Shown here: one piece after another, positions 24,183 through 33,319 of the stretch
Numbering within the stretch: the stretch's first letter is position 1
Layout: each line of letters begins with the position of its first letter
Virus genome (UHGV): UHGV-1063980
From: a virus
DNA: 34,182 nucleotides
Reading direction: 5' to 3' (one strand)
Notes under the pieces: model-generated
The model's input: only the letters and a program-made list of their open reading frames with translations
Told to the model about the DNA's origin: nothing
Databases searched by the model: none
Made by a program: the position numbers and the translations under genes

Positions 24183-25315
24183 TGACCGCCGCCCAGAGAG
24201 AGATGATCTCCAACGACTACGCCGAGCGCGCCTTTTTCGTGTCCGGCGTGGAACCCGGCGTCATCCTGTCCGATTTCGAGGACAAGGCCGCGAAAGTCGC
24301 ATCCGGCGCCTTGAGCTACGAGGAAGCGCAGCAGGCCATCCGCGAAACCCTGCGCCAGCAGGGCTACCGTCCCCCGGCGACGGGTCAGGGAGGCATTCGG
24401 GATTTGTCCTCCTGGGTCCGCATCCAGGTCGTGATGGAAACCAACGCGGCCATGGCTCACGGATACCGGAACTGGTACAACTGGACGCAGGATGAAGACA
24501 CGGCCGCCTTCAAATTTTACCGCTCCCAGGGCAGGGAAGACCCGCGCTATTGGGCCGAACGCTGGAACCGGGCCAGAGCGGGGCTGGAAGAAGAAGCCAC
24601 GGAGGCGGTATCCTCCGGATTCATCCGGGGCGAGACCGTCGGCTATGCCCTGGCGTCCTCCGATATCTGGATCCGTCTGTCGCGGTTCGGCACGCCTTAC
24701 CCTCCCTTTGATTACTTGTCCGGAATGAACATTGCTCCCATCGGAGCCGAAGAAGCCCGCGCTGCCGGGCTGGACGTTTCCCGCGTCCGTCCCGCTCCGG
24801 CCAGCTTCAACGCCACACTGGAAAGCAATGCCCAGGGTGTGACGGAAGCCAACAAGAAGAAGATACGCGGCATCCTGAAAGACGCCCTGCGCGTCAGCAA
24901 CGAAAGCGACGGCAATACCACCTTTGTCTATACCGATCCGAACGGCACGCGGCCTTACACGGACGCGGAACTGGCGGAACTCCTGTCCGGGGATTTCCCG
25001 GAAGAGATCCCCTTGCGGCAGGCCCAGGCCTTCCGCCTGGCGGCAGCCGGGGGAGCGGTGGCCGGAACGCTGGCATCCCTCTACCTGGACCGCCTGCTGG
25101 ACCGCCTGTTTTCCGAACCGGAAGGCGTCTGGTTCGCCCGGCCCGCTGATGTGGCTGCCGCGTCGTCCCGCAAGTTCATCCCCGTCTCCCGGAAGGAAGA
25201 GGGGGAATTCACCTGGCGCTTTACCTCCGGGCACGTCAAAAAAGTGGAAGACGTCGCCGGAGCTATCCGCGTGGAACTGCCAACCCCTTACGTTTTGCCC
25301 GTCAAATGGCTGTAA
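24179..25315 (+). CDS. Hypothetical phage structural/morphogenesis protein (378 aa)
   Basis: ATGATGA overlap with the upstream stop. The track start at 23960 is an in-frame extension into the previous gene. Confidence 0.5.
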   Translation: MMTAAQREMISNDYAERAFFVSGVEPGVILSDFEDKAAKVASGALSYEEAQQAIRETLRQQGYRPPATGQGGIRDLSSWVRIQVVMETNAAMAHGYRNWYNWTQDEDTAAFKFYRSQGREDPRYWAERWNRARAGLEEEATEAVSSGFIRGETVGYALASSDIWIRLSRFGTPYPPFDYLSGMNIAPIGAEEARAAGLDVSRVRPAPASFNATLESNAQGVTEANKKKIRGILKDALRVSNESDGNTTFVYTDPNGTRPYTDAELAELLSGDFPEEIPLRQAQAFRLAAAGGAVAGTLASLYLDRLLDRLFSEPEGVWFARPADVAAASSRKFIPVSRKEEGEFTWRFTSGHVKKVEDVAGAIRVELPTPYVLPVKWL

Positions 25316-25971
25316 CCGTCCATATCGACCAGACCGCGATTGACCGGGCGTTTGCCGAGATGGAGCCGTCCGCGGCCCGGCACAAAACAGCCATCCGCAA
25401 AGCGGGCGTCGCCCTCAGCCTGCTTATTCAGGAAACCCTGCGCCAGCAGGGCAAGGACTACTACGATGGCGCGGCGGACGCCACCTCCATGGAAGAAACC
25501 GCCGAGGGCGTCAGCGTCTCCATCGCCTGGCGCGGCATCGGCCTGCACTGGCTCGGCACGCAGGGCTATCTGGGCGGCCCGCTCCGGCCCACCGGGCGCA
25601 CCTCGGAAATCACGGGGCAGCCGATCCAAAACCTCGCGATTCCCACCATCAACGCCCCGCGCGGGCATGGAGGGGCCCGGAGCATTTACAGCGCCGGGTT
25701 CCGCAAAGACGATTTACAATTCATCCCGTCCAGAAACGGAGGACGCAACGGCAATGTGACCGGCGTCCTCATCCTCAAGACAGCGCAGTCGTCCACCGGA
25801 AAGAAAGCGGCCCGGAAACTGTTCCGCAAAGGAGCCAGAACCGGGGACGTCCTCTACGTGCTTTGCCGCGAAGTCACGATCCCGCCCACGCCGGGGATCC
25901 TCCCGACGCTGGACCGGATGGCGCAGCGCGCCGCGGAAACCTACCTCGCCAACATCGGAAACGAATCATGA
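25306..25971 (+). CDS. Virion morphogenesis/tail completion-like protein (Mu gpG-like, tentative)
   Basis: The C-terminal region ending VTIPPTPGILPTLD resembles the V.IPARPfLg end of Mu G-like proteins. Weak. Confidence 0.45.
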   Translation: MAVTVHIDQTAIDRAFAEMEPSAARHKTAIRKAGVALSLLIQETLRQQGKDYYDGAADATSMEETAEGVSVSIAWRGIGLHWLGTQGYLGGPLRPTGRTSEITGQPIQNLAIPTINAPRGHGGARSIYSAGFRKDDLQFIPSRNGGRNGNVTGVLILKTAQSSTGKKAARKLFRKGARTGDVLYVLCREVTIPPTPGILPTLDRMAQRAAETYLANIGNES

Positions 25972-26480
25972 TCCCCTCCCTTGACCAAACCATGTGCCGG
26001 CGCATCATTGAGCGCCTGCAGAGTTTCGGAACATTGGACTGCCATATCTTTGAGCGGCCTTTCGATCCCCAGTACGCCGCCAATGACATCATCATGTCGG
26101 CGATGGGAAACAACGGCGTGGTGCTGGTGTGTCCGGGAGACGCGGACGAATACCAGGACGGGCACGGGCAGACGGAAGCGCCGACCATGTGGCGGCAGTA
26201 TTTCATTATTGCCGCCGTCTACCACAACGCGGCCCTGTTCCCCCCGGAATGCCTGACGCCCGACTACTACCTGCGGGCGGTAGGCGACGAAATTGAAGAA
26301 GCCCTGTGGAACTGGAACCCTTTTCCCTTTGCCGCGCCTGCGATGATGAAACCGAAAATCAAAGGCCGTTTTTCCTCTTCCGCCGTCATCGACGGCGAGA
26401 AGCGGCAAATGAACGTTTTGACCGTGGATTACCGCGTCCCGGTCAATATTAACATCAGAAACAACCCCCAATTCCAATGA
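25968..26480 (+). CDS. Hypothetical phage structural protein (170 aa)
   Basis: ATGA overlap; ATG at 25968. The track start at 25863 is an in-frame extension. Confidence 0.5.
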   Translation: MIPSLDQTMCRRIIERLQSFGTLDCHIFERPFDPQYAANDIIMSAMGNNGVVLVCPGDADEYQDGHGQTEAPTMWRQYFIIAAVYHNAALFPPECLTPDYYLRAVGDEIEEALWNWNPFPFAAPAMMKPKIKGRFSSSAVIDGEKRQMNVLTVDYRVPVNINIRNNPQFQ

Positions 26481-26785
26481 GCAGAAGAGCAACAAAGAAG
26501 AAACAGGACGCCAGGCAAGTCCCGGCGGAACCCGAAGCAGCCGGGGAATCTCCCGACCAAACACAGGCAACGCCGGATGAACTCCGGGAATCCGACGATG
26601 AACCATCGTCCACGACCGGCCAAACGCCGGCAACGCCCGGCAAGAAGGCCGTCCGGGTCATTTGCACCCGTGCGGAACTGGACGGGGGGCTGGTCATCAG
26701 CCTCTCCATGAAAACCGATACCCCGGAACTTCCCGCGCCCGTCGCGGAAGCTCTGCAAACCCTCAATCTTGTTGACATCAAATGA
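26477..26785 (+). CDS. Hypothetical protein with low-complexity acidic/Pro-rich N-terminus
   Basis: ATGA-coupled ORF. Confidence 0.45.
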   Translation: MSRRATKKKQDARQVPAEPEAAGESPDQTQATPDELRESDDEPSSTTGQTPATPGKKAVRVICTRAELDGGLVISLSMKTDTPELPAPVAEALQTLNLVDIK

Positions 26786-26979
26786 GCAAAGCAACTGCCG
26801 CCAATACCGAACCGGACAAAAAGACGGAGCAGGCCGCCGTCATCGACACGAACATCCTCATTCTCGCCAAAGAAGTGCGCATAGGGCGTTCAACGTTCTT
26901 GAAAGGAGCGCATATTCGTGTTACGAAAGAACTCGCCAATAAACTGGAAGCCGACGGCAAGGCATCCATCATCTACTAA
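26782..26979 (+). CDS. Small hypothetical protein (65 aa)
   Basis: ATGA-coupled ORF. Confidence 0.4.
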   Translation: MSKATAANTEPDKKTEQAAVIDTNILILAKEVRIGRSTFLKGAHIRVTKELANKLEADGKASIIY

Positions 26980-27032
26980 CCATTTCAAGCATCAGGGCTA
27001 CTACATACGACCCCACTTTTAGCAACCGCAAC

Positions 27033-27644
27033 GTGACGCCGCAGATTACCGGCGTTCTGGCTATTTTCCTTCCCGACGGCATCAAGGTGACCGAGGACGA
27101 GGGAGCTTCTTACGTCACCGGGCCGGATCAGTTTCCGACGCCTCCGACATCTCCGCCGACGGATCCGACCGCCGGGCCGGAAGCGCCCTGGGTGAGCTTC
27201 GGGCTGCTGGGTGCCTTCCAGTCCGTCGCCACGCAAGTCGAAGGAGAAGTGACGCGCTTTTACGGCGGCGCGCTTGGCTACCGCCAGCAGCGCAAGAACA
27301 CGACGACCGGCAAGCGCATGACCTTCACCACTCCGGACATGTCCCCCGAATGGTTCCAGCTGTCTTTCGCTCTGGGAGCGCCTCCCGCCAATGGAGAGGA
27401 ATCGACCACCGTCGGACATGGCGGCGACAACAAGATTGAGGGGTATCTTCACTTCTGGTACCAGAACGACGTCGGCACGATCTATCTGGTCGGAACGGCG
27501 CATGGCGCGTTGCGCCTCCTTCAAGATCCGGAACATACCACGGCGATCGCTTCGCCCCAGTTCGAGTTCGAGATGGATTACCGCGGCAAGTACCAGTTCA
27601 CGCCTTCCAATGTGCAGGACGTGACGCCGACGCCGGGTTCCTGA
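27033..27644 (+). CDS. Putative major tail/tube-like structural protein (203 aa)
   Basis: Position before the fibre gene and beta-rich composition only. Confidence 0.4.
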   Translation: MTPQITGVLAIFLPDGIKVTEDEGASYVTGPDQFPTPPTSPPTDPTAGPEAPWVSFGLLGAFQSVATQVEGEVTRFYGGALGYRQQRKNTTTGKRMTFTTPDMSPEWFQLSFALGAPPANGEESTTVGHGGDNKIEGYLHFWYQNDVGTIYLVGTAHGALRLLQDPEHTTAIASPQFEFEMDYRGKYQFTPSNVQDVTPTPGS

Positions 27645-27761
27645 CGTGTTTCACCAGGGGGCGGATGACGCCCCCGCATCCTTGTTTTTTTCAGGCAGCA
27701 GGCAGGCAAATATGATATCCGGACCGTCACGGGGCTGAACCAGTCCCTGGTCGTCCGCGTC

Positions 27762-29480
27762 GTGGATTTCCAGGGCGACCCCGTCGATATGGGCGGCGTC
27801 ACCCTGCGCGGAGCCGTCCGCCTCAAGACGGGCGTGACGGAGTTCGGATTTTCCCGAGACGACGAGGGAAACGGCGTGATTTCCTGGGAGTCGGTGCCTG
27901 CGGGCATGTGGTCCTATGACGTCTTCATGGACGACGGCAGCGAAGAAAGCCCCCTTCTTTATGGTTGCTTTGTTTCTTCCGGACGGGTAACGCCGGACTT
28001 GCCCGGCGAGCAGCAGGTCGTGGCGGGTGCGGTCGTCGTGCAGCTGCCGGAAGGAAGCGGCTGCGTGCAGGTAGTGCTTGATAATGCGTCCAGCGCCGCC
28101 TGGTACGCGGAACAGGCCAAGAAGTACGCGGAGAATTTTAACCTGTCCGTTGACGAAGTCACCACCGGGGAACCGGGGACGCCCGCCGCCGCGGAAGCCG
28201 TCAAAGGGGAGGCTGCCGGATCCTATAAGCTCTCCTTCACCATTCCCCGCGGGGATGTCGGTCCCGAAGGGCCGGCAGGCCCGCAGGGAGAACGGGGCGA
28301 AACCGGTCCCGAAGGGCCTCAGGGCCCCCGCGGCGAAACCGGGGAACGGGGGCCGCAGGGCGAAACGGGAGATCCGGGCCCGAAGGGAGATACGGGCCCG
28401 GCCGGCCCGCAAGGTCCCGAAGGCCCGCAGGGGCCGGAAGGTCCGGTGGGGCCCCAGGGCCCTCAAGGGGAAAAGGGAGATCCCGGCGACGTCAATACGG
28501 AAGAATCGTATACGTGGAGCCAGCCTCAGGCGTTTTCAAGCGCCATCAACGCCAATGGAGGCGTCAACATCCCGCTGGCCGTGGGAGCGCCGACCAATGA
28601 ATCCGGCGTCAACCGCCTGTATGCCGCGGGCATGGGAGGCGCAGCCAATGCTTATGCGGCGGCGGCTTTCCTGAATACGGACTCGCTGACAACTACCGGC
28701 ACGGCAACGGTGACTAAAACGGTTCCCTACCAGATGGCCAGAATAGGCATTCCCTCGGGCGCTCACACGACTATTCAGGCCCCCTTTGAAGGCCCCAGTT
28801 CCCAATGGAATTATTCTTCCTGGGCCGGCTTTTCATTTGTCTGGCGGGCCACGGCCGCGGCGAAGATAACGATGGGCATTGGACGGGGGGCGAAAACAAT
28901 CAGGGCGGACCTTACCACCGACTCCTACACGATTATTCCGGGCAATGACCTGGCATTTAATTCCGGGGAGATTCTGGACATCACCTTTGACAACGTGCGC
29001 GATACGGCTCGCAACGGCTATACGGTGCGGGTGCGGGAAATTTATGCGCTGACGTCCGCCGATGGATGGCAGGTCAAGACGACGACCAGCTTTATCCCGG
29101 CGACGCAGAACGAGCCCGTCCCGTGGACGGTGTGCAAGATTATTTACCAGCAGCAGACGGTTGCCAACAGCAGCGTTTATGAAAACCTGGGAGGCCTCTG
29201 GCTGCTGGTCACCGGAGGTCAGAGGTATAATCTGTATCAAATTGCCACCTGCCGGGGCGTCTCCAATTTTGAGACCGGCGTCGGCATTTCCAGGTGGGTG
29301 ACGGATGTGATCAACACCACCAGCGGCACGGCTTCCGTTTATGCAGGGCCCGGGGAATATGCCTACTACCAGCCGGGCAATGTGAACCCCCTCTTTTACG
29401 GGTTGGACGCGATAGGAACGAATGCCGTTGAATCCGAGGCAACCGCCGCTTTTGAAGATATTAACGTGCCGATAGAATGA
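27762..29480 (+). CDS. Collagen-like repeat tail fibre protein
   Basis: 25 uninterrupted G-X-Y triplets ([77 protein letters not shown]), then a ~330-aa beta-rich C-terminal domain. GTG start; the frame is open from 27669. Confidence 0.8.
   Translation: MDFQGDPVDMGGVTLRGAVRLKTGVTEFGFSRDDEGNGVISWESVPAGMWSYDVFMDDGSEESPLLYGCFVSSGRVTPDLPGEQQVVAGAVVVQLPEGSGCVQVVLDNASSAAWYAEQAKKYAENFNLSVDEVTTGEPGTPAAAEAVKGEAAGSYKLSFTIPRGDVGPEGPAGPQGERGETGPEGPQGPRGETGERGPQGETGDPGPKGDTGPAGPQGPEGPQGPEGPVGPQGPQGEKGDPGDVNTEESYTWSQPQAFSSAINANGGVNIPLAVGAPTNESGVNRLYAAGMGGAANAYAAAAFLNTDSLTTTGTATVTKTVPYQMARIGIPSGAHTTIQAPFEGPSSQWNYSSWAGFSFVWRATAAAKITMGIGRGAKTIRADLTTDSYTIIPGNDLAFNSGEILDITFDNVRDTARNGYTVRVREIYALTSADGWQVKTTTSFIPATQNEPVPWTVCKIIYQQQTVANSSVYENLGGLWLLVTGGQRYNLYQIATCRGVSNFETGVGISRWVTDVINTTSGTASVYAGPGEYAYYQPGNVNPLFYGLDAIGTNAVESEATAAFEDINVPIE
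28260..28490 (+). repeat. Collagen triple-helix (GXY)n coding repeat
   Basis: GGN CCN GAR periodicity for about 230 nt. Confidence 0.85.
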
Positions 29481-29884
29481 ACAACGCAGAAATACAAATA
29501 CAGTTCCCGAAACCTGGTCAATGGGATGAATTCGTTTTGACGCCCATTTATCAGGATTCGGGAGGTTATAGACCTCCGGCCCGCTATACGCAGGACGAGA
29601 TTCCGGCGGAGCAGGCTCCGGCCATGCAGGCCGTAGTTGCTGCGCTGGTGGGATTGTCGGAGCCGTGGCAGGCCTGTCAGGTATGGGCGCGGCTGTGTGT
29701 GACTATGAATTATGATGCTGCAAATGATCATAGCGAATATGTTTTTGCCGTGGATTTGACCGTGGAGGCCGTCAATCCCCAGGGAGGGCGCAGGGTGTTC
29801 ACTTCCCGCGACTACCCGGCTTTTGTGATCACGGATCCCGCCGCCGTGGACTTTTTCAAATACTTCACTACCCCCAATCAATAA
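29477..29884 (+). CDS. Hypothetical protein (135 aa), possibly fibre-associated
   Basis: ATGA overlap with the fibre gene stop. Confidence 0.5.
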   Translation: MNNAEIQIQFPKPGQWDEFVLTPIYQDSGGYRPPARYTQDEIPAEQAPAMQAVVAALVGLSEPWQACQVWARLCVTMNYDAANDHSEYVFAVDLTVEAVNPQGGRRVFTSRDYPAFVITDPAAVDFFKYFTTPNQ

Positions 29885-29897
29885 CAACCATAATCAT

Positions 29898-30365
29898 ATG
29901 ACTACTAGTAATAAATGCAATCACGCCTTGGAAATTGCCGAGGATATGTATAACGCCTATGCCGACGGCAAGGACCGCTACAAGCACCAGCCGATGGTGA
30001 AATACGCCGACCTGCCGGACGACGATAAAGCCGGCTGGCTGAACGTAGCAGAACAGGCCCTCCCCATCATCGGCAAGCATGCTATGGAAGATGTTAAAAA
30101 CTACCTCTCCGGGCAGGCCAAGACCTCCACCGGCTTGCGGAAGTGGCTCTACTTGGCCGGGGTGGGCATTGTCGGTGCTGTCCTTGGCGGCCTGGGAATG
30201 TCCCTCTCCGGCTGCGGCCATTCCGTGGACGTAACGCCGGACAAGACGGTGGTCTGCAAAGACGGCTCGTGCCTCGTCATTGAGCAGGGGCATATTTCCT
30301 ATTCCCAAGCCCAACCGGAAACGGACGTTCCGCCCGTCGTGCAGGTAATTCCCTCCAAGAAGTAA
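29898..30365 (+). CDS. Membrane protein, holin candidate
   Basis: Single central TM helix WLYLAGVGIVGAVLGGLGMSL. First gene of a four-gene block that ends with the amidase. Confidence 0.4.
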   Translation: MTTSNKCNHALEIAEDMYNAYADGKDRYKHQPMVKYADLPDDDKAGWLNVAEQALPIIGKHAMEDVKNYLSGQAKTSTGLRKWLYLAGVGIVGAVLGGLGMSLSGCGHSVDVTPDKTVVCKDGSCLVIEQGHISYSQAQPETDVPPVVQVIPSKK

Positions 30366-30369
30366 AACC

Positions 30370-30621
30370 ATGTGCAAACTCTCCGAAGTACCGGCGCGGT
30401 TCATGGATTTTGCCAAGGCGTCACCCGTGTTTGCCTGCGTCATGCTGTCGCTGGTCATTTGCGGCGCGTCCTGCTGGTACATCGGAGATGTCATGGGACA
30501 CCATAATGACCGGCTGTGCGACCTGATGACCATGCAGACACAGGCCCAGGTCGAGACGGCCAAGGCGATCCAACTTCTTGCCGTCAGAATTGAAAACATA
30601 GAAAGAAAACTGGAAAAATGA
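30370..30621 (+). CDS. i-spanin-like protein (N-terminal TM plus coiled coil)
   Basis: TM helix VFACVMLSLVICGASCWYI, then a coiled-coil C-terminus QAQVETAKAIQLLAVRIENIERKLEK. Confidence 0.4.
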   Translation: MCKLSEVPARFMDFAKASPVFACVMLSLVICGASCWYIGDVMGHHNDRLCDLMTMQTQAQVETAKAIQLLAVRIENIERKLEK

Positions 30622-30770
30622 ATAAGCTGTTGAACCCTTACCTTTTGCTTCCGATGACAGGGTGCGCGATGGGCGTTGCTTTTGCCGCATTCGGCGACAC
30701 GACGGCGGGCATTGCCGCGTTCTGCTTTCCCATTGCGACCCTTGTGTTCCTCCGGATGTATGAACACTGA
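30618..30770 (+). CDS. Small membrane/lipoprotein-like peptide (50 aa), o-spanin position
   Basis: ATGA overlap. Product MNKLLNPYLLLPMTGCAMGVAFAAFGDTTAGIAAFCFPIATLVFLRMYEH, with a possible lipobox MTGC. Confidence 0.3.
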   Translation: MNKLLNPYLLLPMTGCAMGVAFAAFGDTTAGIAAFCFPIATLVFLRMYEH

Positions 30771-30835
30771 CCAACTGTAAAGTTTTTCTTACAAGTTCAA
30801 TCATATTGACAATCAACCATTAAAGGAGAATACTC

Positions 30836-31366
30836 ATGAAAATAGCCATTGATATTGGCCATGCCAACAATACCGGATCCCGCGGGAACGGGCTTGAAGA
30901 ACACGCCGTCGCCGTGACGATCGCCGAATGCCTCGCCCCCATGCTGCGGCAGCTGGGGGCCAAAGTAGACATGATTGACTTTCCGGGCATGAGCAATGCC
31001 CAGGATTTGAACGCCACCATCAAGGCCGCCAATGAAGGCGGCTATGACTTCGGCATCTCCCTGCATTGCGACGCGTCAGACAATCCCCAGGCCCACGGGG
31101 CCCATGTATGTTTTTTCCCGGGCAGCGTAAAGGGCAGCAGGCTGGCCATGTGCATTGCGGAACCTCTTTCCCGCCTGCTTCCCGGCCGGGCCAATACCGT
31201 GCAGTCGCGTCCGGGCCTCGCCGTCTTGAAAAGGACCCGCTGCCCGTGGGTGCTGTGCGAATGCGGCTTTATCACCAATCCTGAAAACGCCGCCCTGATA
31301 AAGGACCATCCCGGACGCATTGCTGAAGCCATTGCCGAAGGGGTGAAGGACTACCTCAACCAGTAA
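30836..31366 (+). CDS. N-acetylmuramoyl-L-alanine amidase (Amidase_3), endolysin
   Basis: IAIDIGHANNTGSRG, ISLHCDAS and ECGFITNPEN match the Amidase_3 metal-binding motifs. AAGGAG lies upstream of the ATG. Confidence 0.85.
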   Translation: MKIAIDIGHANNTGSRGNGLEEHAVAVTIAECLAPMLRQLGAKVDMIDFPGMSNAQDLNATIKAANEGGYDFGISLHCDASDNPQAHGAHVCFFPGSVKGSRLAMCIAEPLSRLLPGRANTVQSRPGLAVLKRTRCPWVLCECGFITNPENAALIKDHPGRIAEAIAEGVKDYLNQ

Positions 31367-31372
31367 CCGCCC

Positions 31373-32887
31373 ATGACCTACCAGGCCCCCTACGCAGCCC
31401 GCTACGTTTCCGCCGCCGGCAACCAGATTCAGCTGCTCAACCTCTGGGACGATACGCCGGAGCCGCCCCGTTTCGGCGGTTCCATGGAGGCGTTTGAAAC
31501 GTCGCTGGTGGACGGTCCCAGGGCGTTTGCGCAGGGGCTTGGGAGCGCCGTGGAGCAGCGCACAATCGCGTTTTACCGCTGGTTCGTTGATTTTCAGGAT
31601 ATGGCCTCCTATCAAGAGAACATGGCTCTGTGGCTGGCCAGCAACCAGAACGGCTATCTCTACCTGCAGTTCGCCGAACAGCCGCAATGGCGGTTTGCCG
31701 CCGTCATCACCGGCTACCAGTTTGAAACCGAAAACTTCGTCCCGCCTCCGTCTCCAGAGGACGGCTATCTGTGCCTGCTGGTCACGCTGACCATGACCGT
31801 CACCGACAGGACACCAGACAATTCCAACTGGGTTTTTGCCGTGACACCCGCTTCTTTTGACGTGCCCGTCCAGGGGGGTGAATATACCGTGAACGTGGAA
31901 TCTTCGTTTACCCCGGGTCCGGTCGGGCAGGGGTGGCAGATAGCCGACGTCTCCGAAGGGTTGACCGTCTCCGATGTGGTCAACGGGAACAACGGATCAT
32001 TCAAGGTGGCAGTCTCCGCCAACGAAGGAGACGAGGACAGGACCATGTCGCTCCAGGTCATTCAGGACGGAACCGGGCAGGCTGTTGAGGTTGAATTTCG
32101 TCAGCCGCTTCCTACTTTCTCATTCAGCCTTTCTCCAACCGAATTGCAGGTTCCCATTACGGGAGGCGATTATTCCGTGAATGTGTCTTCTTTTTACAGT
32201 CCGGGAGATGTCAGCGTTGACTGGACGGCCAGTTCTCCAAGTTCCTCTGTCGTCATCTCCGATGTGGTCAACGGGAACAACGGGTCATTCAAGGTCGCAG
32301 TTTCCGCCAATGAAGGAGCGTCGGGAACAGTACGTATCACCGCGACACAACAGGACTCCGGGGAAAAAGCGTACCTTAGAGTGCTGCGCGCGGGACTGGT
32401 CACGCGCAATTATACGCTCCCACCTCCCCAGGGAGAGTATACGGATGTCCCGATGGGATACAGTTCATGGCGGTTCATTCCCTCGGACGTTTATCCCGAT
32501 TTCCCGGAAGGCAACCCGGAAGGAAAGGGAATCACGCTGCAGGAAATCGTGACGACGAATCCTACGAGCGTCAATTCAGGCACGTTGTCGCTTTACCGGG
32601 TGGAAAATGGAACGGCTTCTCTTCTGGCGACCAGCAACGAGGCTGTTTCCACCGGAGAGGGCGGAAATGTGAAATGGACGTTTTCTCCAGGCGTGGAAAT
32701 TCGTTCGGACTGGCAGCTGGTTGTAGAAAATCAGAACGGCATTTATGAGAAGAACGCCATGCTGAACAACCCTCAGTCATTTGACGGCCTTGGCAATGAT
32801 GCTTATCCGGCCGCCGCTACCGCCCCCGGACGCACGTTCAGCTTATCCCTCGTCATCCGCTATACTTCCATTGATTACCCTTCTTAA
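31373..32887 (+). CDS. Protein with two tandem BACON-like domains and unique N- and C-terminal domains
   Basis: Two repeats of VP.QGGEYTVNVESSFTPG...W.....SDVVNGNNGSFKVAVSANEG...R fit the BACON G...V...W...W...G.G...N...R pattern. The repeats are ~94% identical at the nucleotide level. Confidence 0.65.
   Translation: MTYQAPYAARYVSAAGNQIQLLNLWDDTPEPPRFGGSMEAFETSLVDGPRAFAQGLGSAVEQRTIAFYRWFVDFQDMASYQENMALWLASNQNGYLYLQFAEQPQWRFAAVITGYQFETENFVPPPSPEDGYLCLLVTLTMTVTDRTPDNSNWVFAVTPASFDVPVQGGEYTVNVESSFTPGPVGQGWQIADVSEGLTVSDVVNGNNGSFKVAVSANEGDEDRTMSLQVIQDGTGQAVEVEFRQPLPTFSFSLSPTELQVPITGGDYSVNVSSFYSPGDVSVDWTASSPSSSVVISDVVNGNNGSFKVAVSANEGASGTVRITATQQDSGEKAYLRVLRAGLVTRNYTLPPPQGEYTDVPMGYSSWRFIPSDVYPDFPEGNPEGKGITLQEIVTTNPTSVNSGTLSLYRVENGTASLLATSNEAVSTGEGGNVKWTFSPGVEIRSDWQLVVENQNGIYEKNAMLNNPQSFDGLGNDAYPAAATAPGRTFSLSLVIRYTSIDYPS
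31968..32318 (+). repeat. Near-identical 63-bp direct repeats (31968-32030 and 32256-32318) from an intragenic domain duplication
   Basis: 4 mismatches in 63 nt between the two copies. Confidence 0.8.
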
Positions 32888-32906
32888 CAACATATCAACC
32901 ATCATC

Positions 32907-33188
32907 ATGAACGAACAACAAGAACACGGAATTGAACGGCTTTTCATTGAATTCGCCGAAGAATGCAACAAGAACCCGAATCTGAAACAGGCAGCGCAGG
33001 AGATGCGCGAAGACGTCTTTGAGGCTGCGGAATCTGCCGGCGTCAATCCCTCCCATGCCTTCGGCGTCATCATCCGCGATATGATGATGCTGGAATTGCT
33101 ACAGAAACGCGTCGAAGAATCCCGGACGGCGCTCACGTCCGGGAATTTGCCCGCTTTCGTCGTCGAAGAAGCGAAAAGAGAATTTTAA
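32907..33188 (+). CDS. Small acidic helical protein (93 aa); tail assembly chaperone by position
   Basis: ATG at 32907. The track start at 32781 is an upstream extension into the BACON gene end. No overlapping -1 frame extension was found. Confidence 0.4.
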   Translation: MNEQQEHGIERLFIEFAEECNKNPNLKQAAQEMREDVFEAAESAGVNPSHAFGVIIRDMMMLELLQKRVEESRTALTSGNLPAFVVEEAKREF

Positions 33189-33319
33189 TCAACTAATAGC
33201 GAACAATTTACCTTTCCAAAATCAGGAGTACCAAAAAAGAAATAACCGTTGAAGTTAAAAGTACCTTTGACACCAAAGGAATTCAGGAAGCAAAGAAGCA
33301 GATTGAGACTCTTGGCAGG

